In this document: positions 17,581-25,373 of the stretch, one piece after another
How positions within the stretch are numbered: position 1 is the stretch's first letter
Layout of the letters: every line of letters begins with the position of its first letter
NCBI GenBank assembly: GCA_022711155.1
Contig: JAKLFO010000001.1
Coordinates: 1-50,720, forward strand
DNA length: 50,720 bases
Direction: 5' to 3'
Origin: Candidatus Bipolaricaulota bacterium
GTDB lineage: Bacteria > Bipolaricaulota > Bipolaricaulia > UBA7950 > UBA9294
The notes under the pieces: generated by a model
What the model saw: the letters and a program-made list of their open reading frames with translations, nothing else
Database searches by the model: none
What the model was told of the DNA's origin: nothing
Program-made: the position numbers and the translations under genes

Positions 17581-19931
17581 GGCGTGTCTGGGCGCGGCGC
17601 GCGCGCGACGAGGATCTTCTCGAGAACGCGTTCGGAGCTGAGCGGCAGAGATTCGAACTCGATCCCGAGCGCGTCGCGAAGCGCATTGCCGATCGCCGAC
17701 GGGACGGAGATCATCGGGTGCTCGGCCACGCCGCGCGCCCCGTACGGCCCGCCGGGTTGCGGGTTCTCGAGCAAGATGGGGACAATCTCGCGCGGCAGAT
17801 CCTTGGCCGTCGGAATCTTGTAGTCGACGAAGTTCGGGTTCAGGAGCCGGCCCTTGTCGTCGAACCGGAACCCCTCGAGCACGGCCGACCCGAGCCCCTG
17901 CACGATCCCGCCGACCACCTGGCCGCGGCAGAGGAGCGGGTTCAGCACCTTCCCGGCGTCGAGCGCGGTCGCAATCCTGAGGACCTCGATCTCGCCGGTC
18001 TCCGTGTCAACCTCGATCTCGACCGCGTGAGCTCCGTACGTCCAGAACTGGGCCGGCCGCCCCTGCCCGGTCTCGGGATCGAGGTTGGTGAGTCCGGTGG
18101 CGATGTAGCGTCCGTGGCCGATGACCGGGCCGCCGATCGAGTTCCCATTCGGGAACGTGTATCCGAGCGCGAGATCCTTGTAGGCGATCCCGCGCGCGGG
18201 ATCCTGGCGCGGGAACACCTTGCCGTCGCGGCAGACGAGGCCGTCAGCCGGGACGCCGAGCGCGCCCGCCGCCACAGCGCGGAGCTGGCAGAGACAGTCG
18301 GCACAGGCCTCGATCACGGCGTTCCCACCCATGTAGGCGAAGCGGCTGGCCACGGTCTGCCAGTCGTAGGGCGTCATCGCCGTGTCGCACTCCCACGTGA
18401 TGTGGACCTTGTCGATGGGGAGGCCCAGCTCCTCCGCCGCGACCTGGCGCAAGACGGTGTACGTACCCTGTCCGTAGTCAACGCCGGACACGAGCACGTC
18501 GGCGGCGCCATCCTCGTCCAGCTTCACGATCGCCGCGCAGGACGTGTAGGTCGGCATCGCCGGCGCCTTGTGCAACATGGCGACTCCTTTGCCACGGACC
18601 TTGTGCGGCGCGCTCGGCGCGGACGGGCGTCGTCCCCAGCCGATCGCCTCGGCCGCCGCTTCGAGGCACTCGATCGGCTTTCCGTGCCCGTTCGTAAACG
18701 GCTCCCCCGTGATCGTCGTCGCGCCCTCGCGCAGGAGGTTCCGGCGGCGGAACTCCACCGGGTCGAGTCCGAGCGCACGCGCCATCCGATCCATCGCTCG
18801 CTCGACGCCCCACAGCACCTCGAGGTGCCCGAAGCCGCGGTAGGCGGTGCCGTAGACCTTGTTCGTGTAGACAACGTAGGAGTCGATCGAGCAGTGATCG
18901 AGTGCGTACGGACCGGCGCCCGAGTACGCCGCGGCGCGGCCCACATTGACGCCGTAGTCGGCGTAGGCGCCGGCGTCCCAGACGTACTCCGCCTCCAGCG
19001 CGGTGAGGCGCCCGTCGCGCGTCGCGCCGAGGCGAATCGTCGAGTAGAGCCCTTGGCGCGACGGCGTGGTGTTGAACTCCTCTTCGCGCGTCATCGCGAT
19101 CTCTACCGGCCGTCCGCCGCACGCTCGCGACAGGACGTACGCCAGCGGTTCGAGTCCGAGGCCGGCCTTGCCGCCGAATCCGCCGCCCACGTGCGGCACG
19201 TGGACGCGGATCGCCGCGTGTGGCATGCCGAACGCCAGAGCGAGAAGGTGTCGCACCGTGTACGGCGACTGGCTCGACGTCCACACTTCGACTCGTCCGC
19301 CAGGGAGCGCGTGCGCGATCGCCGCGTGCGTTTCCATCGGCACGTGCTGCACGGGCGGGTTATCGAACGAGACCTCAAGGCAGACGTCGGACGCCGCGAG
19401 AGCGGCCGCCGAGTCGCCCTTCCGCACCTTCTGATGGTGCGCGATGTTCGTCCCCGCCTTGGGGAAGAAGACGCCGCGCATGTGGTCGTACGTCGCGAGG
19501 TCCGGATGGACGAGCGGAGCCTCGGGCTTCCTCGCGTCTCGCGGGTCGAACACCGCGGGAAGCTCCTGGTACTCCACACGCAGAAGGTGGCACGCTTCGC
19601 GCGCCGCGTCGAGCGTGTCTGCGGCCACGGCAGCGACGGCCTCCCCCTGGTAGCGGACGACGTCGCGCGCCAGGATCCGCTTGTCGCGCAGGTAGAGCCC
19701 AAGACGAATGTCGAGATCCGCGCCGGTGAGGACGGCGCGCACGCCGGGCACCGCGAGCGCGGCGCTCGTGTCGATCCGAACGATCCGGGCCGAGGCGTGC
19801 GGCGACGTGAGGATGGCCGCGCGCAGCGTGCCGGGCAGAGCGAGATCTGTCGTGTAGCGGGCCGCGCCCGTCACCTTGTCGACCGCGTCCTCGCGCGGAA
19901 CGGGCTGGCCCACCACGCGCAACTCAGCCAC
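17577..19931 (-). CDS. Molybdopterin-binding large subunit of a xanthine dehydrogenase / aldehyde oxidase family enzyme.
   Basis: The GTG start (VAELRVVGQPVPRED) has GGGAGG upstream and overlaps the 2Fe-2S gene end by 8 nt. GGGFGGK and GARGVAEHP (catalytic glutamate region) are present. The CODH VAYRCSFR loop is absent. The track ORF up to 20081 is over-extended. Confidence 0.9.
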   Translation of the reverse strand: MAELRVVGQPVPREDAVDKVTGAARYTTDLALPGTLRAAILTSPHASARIVRIDTSAALAVPGVRAVLTGADLDIRLGLYLRDKRILARDVVRYQGEAVAAVAADTLDAAREACHLLRVEYQELPAVFDPRDARKPEAPLVHPDLATYDHMRGVFFPKAGTNIAHHQKVRKGDSAAALAASDVCLEVSFDNPPVQHVPMETHAAIAHALPGGRVEVWTSSQSPYTVRHLLALAFGMPHAAIRVHVPHVGGGFGGKAGLGLEPLAYVLSRACGGRPVEIAMTREEEFNTTPSRQGLYSTIRLGATRDGRLTALEAEYVWDAGAYADYGVNVGRAAAYSGAGPYALDHCSIDSYVVYTNKVYGTAYRGFGHLEVLWGVERAMDRMARALGLDPVEFRRRNLLREGATTITGEPFTNGHGKPIECLEAAAEAIGWGRRPSAPSAPHKVRGKGVAMLHKAPAMPTYTSCAAIVKLDEDGAADVLVSGVDYGQGTYTVLRQVAAEELGLPIDKVHITWECDTAMTPYDWQTVASRFAYMGGNAVIEACADCLCQLRAVAAGALGVPADGLVCRDGKVFPRQDPARGIAYKDLALGYTFPNGNSIGGPVIGHGRYIATGLTNLDPETGQGRPAQFWTYGAHAVEIEVDTETGEIEVLRIATALDAGKVLNPLLCRGQVVGGIVQGLGSAVLEGFRFDDKGRLLNPNFVDYKIPTAKDLPREIVPILLENPQPGGPYGARGVAEHPMISVPSAIGNALRDALGIEFESLPLSSERVLEKILVARAPRPDTP

Positions 19932-20475
19932 GGCCGCCTCCCTCCCCGGGAACACGCGGCGACGAGAGCCGGCCGCCCTGCGAGCCGGAGCCGCCCGCCG
20001 ACTGACCTGCGACCATTTGTCCGGCGTGCGGCACGGCCTTCGCCTGGGCCGCGACGCGGACGGCCTCCAGGATCGCTTCATAGCCCGTGCAGCGGCAGAG
20101 GTTGCCGGCCATCGCCTCCACGATCTCGTCGTCGGTCGGGTTCGGGATGCGCCGCAGGAGCCCGCGCGCCGACATGATCATCCCGGGCGTGCAGAATCCG
20201 CACTGGATCGCGCCCGCCTCGATGAAGGCTTTCTGCAGCGCGGACAACTCGCCGTCTCGGGCTTCTCCCTCGATCGTGTCGACCGCGCCGCCGTCCGCCT
20301 CGACCGCGAGGACGAGGCACGCCGTGACGGGCTTCCCATCGAGGAGGACCGTACACGCGCCGCACTCGCCGATCCCGCAGCCTTCTTTCGTCCCCACGAG
20401 GCACAGGCGGCCGCGCAGGAACTCGAGCAAGGTCATGCCGGCCGGAACCGTCGCCGTCTCCAGGCGGCCGTTCAC
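19924..20475 (-). CDS. [2Fe-2S]-binding small subunit of the xanthine dehydrogenase family enzyme.
   Basis: Motifs are CGIGECGACTV, QCGFCTPGMIM and NLCRCTGY. The first canonical start is the GTG at 20475. The conserved first beta-strand (EIRVRVNG) and a GGAGG site lie upstream of it, so the true start may be the ATA at 20499 (see findings). Confidence 0.88.
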   Translation of the reverse strand: MNGRLETATVPAGMTLLEFLRGRLCLVGTKEGCGIGECGACTVLLDGKPVTACLVLAVEADGGAVDTIEGEARDGELSALQKAFIEAGAIQCGFCTPGMIMSARGLLRRIPNPTDDEIVEAMAGNLCRCTGYEAILEAVRVAAQAKAVPHAGQMVAGQSAGGSGSQGGRLSSPRVPGEGGGRG

Positions 20476-20495
20476 GCGAACGCGGATCTCGCAGT

Positions 20496-21344
20496 CTATG
20501 TCGCACCTCCTCCCAGGAGCTCGGCGACGACGCGACGAACGAGGACGGGCAAGACGGCTCGTCGGTACTCGGCCGACGCGCGCACGTCGCTGATCGGGCT
20601 CGCCGCGGCGAGGGTCGCAGCGGCGGCCGCCGCGCCAACCGCGACGGCCGACATCCCCTTGGTCTCGATTGGTGCAAGCAGGATGGGCGTCGGCGCGCAG
20701 CTTCCGAAGGCGAGTCGCAGAGTGCCCGTGGACGGCGCGAGCGCTCCGGCGACGTTCGCCACCGCGAGGTCATGGCCGCGCAGCCGTTGCTGCTTCAGGA
20801 ACGCCGACCGCAGCTCGGGCTCCGGCGCGGGAATGCGGACCTCGGTCGCGATCTCGCCGCGCCGGAGCGTCGTCCGCTTCACGCCGGCGAAGAACTCCGC
20901 AACGGGGATGACTCTCGCGCCACGCGGTCCCGCGACGCCGACCGCAGCGCCGAGCACGAGCAGCGCTGGCGCCAAGTCCGCGGCCGGCGAGGCATTGCAG
21001 AGGTTGCCGGTCACCGTGGCGCGGTTGCGCAGCTGGTACGTGGCGATGGACGCGGCAGCCTGCGCGAGCCCCGGAAACGACCAGCGCGTGGCCGCGTGCT
21101 CAAGGAGCTCGTTCAGGGAGACGGCCGCGCCGATCGTGAGATCTCCGCGAGGCCCCACATCTAGGCGTCGCAGCCCGTCGACCCTCTTCACGTCGACCAG
21201 AAGACGTGGAGCATGGCGCCCACTTCGCAGCTCAACGAGGAGGTCCGTGCCGCCCGCGAGGATCGCGGCAGACGGGGTCTCCGCAAAGAGGCGTACCGCT
21301 TCCGCCAGGTTGGTCGGTCTCTCGTAGTCGAAGCGTCCCAGCAA
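20496..21344 (-). CDS. FAD-binding medium subunit of the xanthine dehydrogenase family enzyme (CoxM/XdhB-like).
   Basis: ILAGGTDLLVEL and TVTGNLCNASPAADL are present. The start is TTG with GGAGAGGAG 7 nt upstream. Confidence 0.9.
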   Translation of the reverse strand: MLGRFDYERPTNLAEAVRLFAETPSAAILAGGTDLLVELRSGRHAPRLLVDVKRVDGLRRLDVGPRGDLTIGAAVSLNELLEHAATRWSFPGLAQAAASIATYQLRNRATVTGNLCNASPAADLAPALLVLGAAVGVAGPRGARVIPVAEFFAGVKRTTLRRGEIATEVRIPAPEPELRSAFLKQQRLRGHDLAVANVAGALAPSTGTLRLAFGSCAPTPILLAPIETKGMSAVAVGAAAAAATLAAASPISDVRASAEYRRAVLPVLVRRVVAELLGGGAT

Positions 21345-21587
21345 GCCTGGCTCCTCTCCCGATCCGATGGAGCAGCAACGCGCGACCCTTCAAGGGATCG
21401 CGCGTCTGCCCGCCCCAACGGGCCCATCATAGAGGACGCCGGTCAGTCTGCCAAGTGGCTTGACCGGTTCTGCTACTCCTCCCTCTAGGGCAGAAGGTGC
21501 TTGGCACTATGGCGAACAGCAACGCACGCCCTCTGTCCTTCGTTATGTGCTATAGTGCGCAAGACTCACATATAGGAGGGAGACGCC

Positions 21588-22100
21588 ATGACTACAACGA
21601 CACCAGGAATGAGATTGCTGCACCGGGCCGGGCTCTGTGCCTGCTTGCTGACACTGTTTGCGGTCAGCGCAGGATGCGAACTCAAGCCGGAGTACTCAGC
21701 AGCGAAGGCCGTCCTCGACCCATACAGAAGCTCGGTGACCCAGGTTGTCGCGCTCCTCGAACAGGGAGACGAGGCCGAAGCGGTAAGTGCTCTAGATGAG
21801 CTGCATGGAGCGGTCATAGAGGCCCGCGCCATTCTCACAGGACAGCGGTTCTCTGGAGCCACTGACACGCTCTCTGACCCTTTCGCTCTCCCGGCTGGAA
21901 CCTATAGGGCAACAGTGCACGGGGATGGATCCCCCTGGGTGAAGGTGATCCCGGTGGCCGCACCGGATGACTACGACTACGTGATGATCGGCGCGGAGGA
22001 CGGCTCTAGCGCTCTGTATGTTTCGGACGGTGCCCGGATCATGCTTGAGTTCTCAGTCGTCAGCGGCCCATACGAGCTCGTCTTCGAGAGGATCGAGTAG
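21588..22100 (+). CDS. Lipoprotein, hypothetical.
   Basis: GGAGGGAG lies 6 nt upstream of the ATG. The signal peptide carries a lipobox (LLTLFAVSAGC). The gene has lower G+C than its surroundings. Confidence 0.7.
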   Translation: MTTTTPGMRLLHRAGLCACLLTLFAVSAGCELKPEYSAAKAVLDPYRSSVTQVVALLEQGDEAEAVSALDELHGAVIEARAILTGQRFSGATDTLSDPFALPAGTYRATVHGDGSPWVKVIPVAAPDDYDYVMIGAEDGSSALYVSDGARIMLEFSVVSGPYELVFERIE

Positions 22101-22425
22101 CACTCTCGCCAACGCTGGACGCGATCAAGACATGCTACACCGACGAGGCGAATCTCTTCTCAAGGCTCTGCAACACTGTCCAGATCTTCCAGGTCAACCG
22201 TTCCCGCAAGCAGCTGGCCGCTGGCCAAGCGTGTGTGAGCAAGGTGTAGGGCACGTGGGCGTTGCCTACACGAGGACTGGCCAGGGGCCAACCATCATCT
22301 CTCGGCCGATGCCCTCTGGGAGTGCCTCGATGGACTCGGGTTACGGCAGTCGCACCTCGAGGATCGAGAAGCGCTAGTCAGCTCTTGCTGGCGAGCTTCC
22401 GTAGGCCAGAACACGAAGCCACGAA

Positions 22426-23082
22426 TCATCCATCCATCTCGGATGTGACCGCATCACGGAGCGCGTCAATCCGATCAGCCAGAGACGCATCTACGCCGGG
22501 GAGAGTAGCTATGCAGTTCCATCCAGCAATGCAGAGTAGCACCTGCACCGCGTGAAGAGTTAACAGATTCCTGCGGAGCTTCGACTCGACGTAGGGCTGC
22601 TCTTTCCTGAACTCAACCCCGCCGTTGGCTGGCGCGACGAGATGCACGACCGCGTGGTAGTCGAACGATGCGTGGGAGGCTGCCACATTGAGATGCTCCC
22701 GAAGCCTACGGTGCGGGCTACCTATCTCCTTGGCGATGTCCCCAGCAGGCTTCTTGCCCGTCAGGAGGATCTCCGCGTGCTGTGTGTTCCTGCGGACGTA
22801 TTCAAGCCTCTCTATGCACTCGATGAGCGGGCGAAGCAGTGCTCCGGCCTCCTGCGCAAGGCCGTCAAGGCAGAGACTGTAGAGAGCAAGCGAGAGGTTC
22901 CGACCCTTTGCGAGGATCAGGCCAGCGACTGTGACTCGATCGTCGGCACTCCGCTTCTTGGCCCTCGTGCACTCGTCAAGGAGAGAGTCCAGCAGCAAGA
23001 AGAGATCCTCAGTTCTGATTGCATACTGTAACAGCCCGGACTGCAGTGCGGTGAGAGCGCGCTCCCTCGTGTCGAACAGCAT
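22426..23082 (-). CDS. All-helical hypothetical protein, HEPN-like (AbiV/DUF5677-type candidate).
   Basis: I placed the start at MLFDTRERAL because GGAGGG lies 8 nt upstream. The pattern A..L..G....A..LLRPLIE..ERLEYV is followed by an Rx4H motif, RRNTQH (22777-22794). The family call rests on remembered patterns only. Confidence 0.55.
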   Translation of the reverse strand: MLFDTRERALTALQSGLLQYAIRTEDLFLLLDSLLDECTRAKKRSADDRVTVAGLILAKGRNLSLALYSLCLDGLAQEAGALLRPLIECIERLEYVRRNTQHAEILLTGKKPAGDIAKEIGSPHRRLREHLNVAASHASFDYHAVVHLVAPANGGVEFRKEQPYVESKLRRNLLTLHAVQVLLCIAGWNCIATLPGVDASLADRIDALRDAVTSEMDG

Positions 23083-23440
23083 GAAGAACCCTCCATGGGC
23101 CGCCACTGCGTGGCCATCGAGCCCTCCTCTCAGGCAGACGCACCAACCTGAGCAATACAGCTCCCTGGTGGATCATCTCCAGCGGCAACGGCACGACGCC
23201 CAGAGTTGTAGTGCTGCCCGCCTCCTTCCGCCCACTTGGTCTTGGATCCTGCGACCATCCCTCTCCTCGGAGGGTAGGGCGGCAGTTGTGCTGCGCGGCT
23301 GCCCAGGGTGCAGGCTAGCGAGATGGTCAGATCTTGGGCAACTGCGCTGCCTCAGACGGCTGAGCACTGTCGGTTCCGGTGCCGTACAACGCCGGTCAGT
23401 CTGCCAACTGGTTCCGGCGCAAGAGCCGGCGGGCGCGCCG

Positions 23441-23695
23441 TCAGGCGGACAGCGCCCGCGATCGAACGGTCTCGAGCACCCAGCGCTGACGGGCCGTCTC
23501 GAAACGGACGGTGACCTCTCTTTGGGAAGAGCAGGCTCGGTAGACGAGCGCGGTCGGCGTGACGTCGACGCGCGTCGGAGAGGAGAGCGCGATCTCTTCG
23601 TCGCGGAAGCGGATGGCGCGCAACTGCGGGAACCCAAGCCCCCGCGGGAACTCGACAATCGCCTCCACTTGTTCGTCGACCCACATGATCTTCAT
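23441..23695 (-). CDS. Small hypothetical protein of 84 aa.
   Basis: MKIMWVDEQVEAIVEFPRGLGFPQLRAIRFRDEEIAL... has a protein-like composition. The rest of the 217-aa track ORF upstream is arginine/proline-rich and overlaps the next gene. There is no clear RBS. Confidence 0.4.
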   Translation of the reverse strand: MKIMWVDEQVEAIVEFPRGLGFPQLRAIRFRDEEIALSSPTRVDVTPTALVYRACSSQREVTVRFETARQRWVLETVRSRALSA

Positions 23696-23880
23696 CGTAC
23701 TCGATGAATACAGCACGAGCAAGACCCTCCGGGACCGCCGACTCCGCACCGCAGGCGGCAAAGGGGCTTCGGATTCGGATCCCGAACGCAGAGTGACCGA
23801 CGCGACGTGCCAGCTCGGCACGGCTCTGTCCTTGGCGTCCTCTCCGCGCGCTTCGCGGCCGGCTCGGGGCCTGCCGGAGC

Positions 23881-24318
23881 CTAGGGCTGGACGAGAAAGG
23901 TGACCGCCGTCATCTCGCCGGGCTTCAGGTACTCGATCTCGACCCGCGTGATGCGGAAGAGGGCGAAGTTCGGGTCGCCCGGCCCGGTCCAGTACTCCTT
24001 CAGGAACGGGATCTGGTCGCCGATCGCGCGCTGCACGTCCGGCGCCGTCTCGAGGGTCGCGATGCCGGCAACCCGCAGGTAGCCCGTACCGCACGTCTCG
24101 GTGAGCGGCAGGCAGAACTCGACGTTCGGATTCCGCAGCATCTGGCGCGCTTTCGCGCTGCGTCGTCCGGTGGCAATCCAGAACTTCCTCTCGATGTCGA
24201 GGAGCGTGACCGGACGCACTCGCGGCTGATCATCCTCGGCTGTTGCCAGATACACGCACTGGCTCGGCTTGAAGAGGCTCCACACTTCCCGCTCTAGGTC
24301 AGCCATCGTCACGCTCAT
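23881..24318 (-). CDS. Pyridoxamine 5'-phosphate oxidase family (FMN-binding split-barrel) protein.
   Basis: The start MSVTMADLEREVW has GGGAGGGAG upstream. The regions VYLATAEDDQPRVRPVTLL...FWIATGRRSAKARQMLRNPNVEF are typical of the PNPOx-like fold. Confidence 0.8.
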   Translation of the reverse strand: MSVTMADLEREVWSLFKPSQCVYLATAEDDQPRVRPVTLLDIERKFWIATGRRSAKARQMLRNPNVEFCLPLTETCGTGYLRVAGIATLETAPDVQRAIGDQIPFLKEYWTGPGDPNFALFRITRVEIEYLKPGEMTAVTFLVQP

Positions 24319-24512
24319 CGCGTCTCCCTCCCGCTTCTTGCGTCGGACCGGCCCGACTCTGCCGAGCATAGGTGGACGCCCGCCGCCGGTCAACGACCAG
24401 GGCGCGGACGCACCGTGGAATGCAGAGCTATGTCCTCTCGATCTCGCGCCCGTGCGGTATCCTGAGGGACCCTTCATGAGGACGAAGATGCGAGAACTCG
24501 GGAGGACCGCAC

Positions 24513-24758
24513 ATGGTTAAGCTGAAGCATTGCCCGTTCTGTGGCGGAGAGGCTCGCGGCTGGTGCCGCTCTGCCACGATCAACCTGGCCGACGAGATCG
24601 ACTACAACGGCTATGTGTCCTGCTCGCGGTGCCCGGCCAAGATGAGGTCGACGTATCAGCACGTCACCGGAGCCGAGGCCATCGCGGATGCGGCCCGCAA
24701 CTGGAACGCGCGGGCTGGTGGCGCTCCCGCCGCTTCCCACCTCGACCAGGAGGCATGA
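24513..24758 (+). CDS. lar: Lar-family restriction alleviation protein.
   Basis: MVKLKHCPFCGGEA...VSCSRCPAKM...EAIADAARNWNARA matches the Lar-family pattern (CPFCGG, a second CxxC and a C-terminal WNxR). Confidence 0.8.
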   Translation: MVKLKHCPFCGGEARGWCRSATINLADEIDYNGYVSCSRCPAKMRSTYQHVTGAEAIADAARNWNARAGGAPAASHLDQEA

Positions 24759-24790
24759 CCAGAGGAGTCCGCGGAAGCGTCCGCGTCGGT

Positions 24791-25231
24791 TCATCCACCG
24801 AACGTCTCCCGGATCCACGCGTCGATCTCGTCGCGCGTCTCTCGGAATGCGTCCAGGCGTGCCGCATCAGATCCCGACACGGCGCTCGGGTCGGCAAACG
24901 CATGATGGATCTGCCGGCCGCCGGGGAAGAACGGGCACGTCGGCTCGTCTCTCCCGCAGACGGTCGCCACCACGTCGAACCTCCGCCCTCCGAACTCCTC
25001 TACATGCTTGGACCGCAGAGAAGCGGTGGGGATTCCTAGCTCGTCGAGGACGCGCAGGACGAGCGGGTGGACGCCTGCCGGGGCAACCCCGGCACTCATT
25101 GCCTCGTACCGGTCCGGGAAGCGAGCGCGCAGGATCGCCTCGGCCATCTGCGAGCGCACCGCATTGTGTCGGCATAGAAAGAGCACGCGCGCTCTTCTGC
25201 CCAATGGCTTCCCTGGTTCCTGGCCCAGCAT
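24791..25231 (-). CDS. arsC: Arsenate reductase / low-molecular-weight phosphotyrosine phosphatase family, thioredoxin-coupled ArsC type.
   Basis: The P-loop is VLFLCRHNAVRSQMAE (CX5R-S). A downstream cysteine pair, VCGRDEPTCP, is spaced as in Bacillus-type ArsC. The start is uncertain (25231 or 25252). The track start at 25312 would run through the pstS promoter. Confidence 0.75.
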   Translation of the reverse strand: MLGQEPGKPLGRRARVLFLCRHNAVRSQMAEAILRARFPDRYEAMSAGVAPAGVHPLVLRVLDELGIPTASLRSKHVEEFGGRRFDVVATVCGRDEPTCPFFPGGRQIHHAFADPSAVSGSDAARLDAFRETRDEIDAWIRETFGG

Positions 25232-25306
25232 GGGGCGAGTGTACCCCAGCATCGCGTACCGCTTTGGGCGCGTGGAGCGCGGTCCGGTACTCATTTGTGT
25301 GCCTGT

Positions 25307-25335
25307 TTGCATATTCTGGCTGCCATATATATACT
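25307..25335 (+). promoter_or_regulatory. Sigma70-like promoter upstream of pstS.
   Basis: TTGCAT (25307-25312), 17 nt, then TATACT (25330-25335) sit in the only AT-rich patch of the intergenic region. Direct repeats CTGCCAT (25320) and CTGCCAC (25337) flank the -10. Confidence 0.5.
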
Positions 25336-25373
25336 CCTGCCACTAACTCAATAGCGTGAAAGGCGGTAGTCCA

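Larger units (their letters stand above)
21436..23411. mobile_element. Low-G+C genomic islet bounded by direct repeats. Candidate integrated element remnant with no integrase.
   Basis: ACGCCGGTCAGTCTGCCAA(G/C)TGG occurs at 21436-21458 and again at 23389-23411 (19 nt perfect, 22 of 23 overall). G+C spot counts inside are 29/60, 33/60 and 30/60, against 43/60 in the flanking xdh gene. Confidence 0.45.

Noticed and set aside
17718-20177. An 819-aa ORF on the plus strand.
   Set aside because: It is antisense to the molybdenum subunit and the 2Fe-2S subunit of the xdh-family enzyme. It has an arginine-rich composition, no RBS and no recognisable domains.
22101-22425. A possible gene remnant or small gene in the 325-nt convergent gap inside the low-G+C islet. 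One frame reads ...LDAIKTCYTDEANLFSRLCNTVQIFQ..., and a 7-bp hairpin lies at 22244-22271.
   Set aside because: The protein-like frame has no start codon and is short. The listed ORFs here (22018..22377 and 22262..22555) have implausible composition or overlap real genes. I left the region unannotated but noted it as possible RNA or antitoxin space.
25320-25343. A possible Pho box (direct repeats CTGCCAT and CTGCCAC) upstream of pstS.
   Set aside because: The half-sites resemble the E. coli CTGTCAT consensus. However, they are 17 bp apart rather than about 11 bp, and they flank the -10 element instead of replacing the -35. I cannot call this a PhoB site, so I kept it only as an unexplained repeat in a finding.
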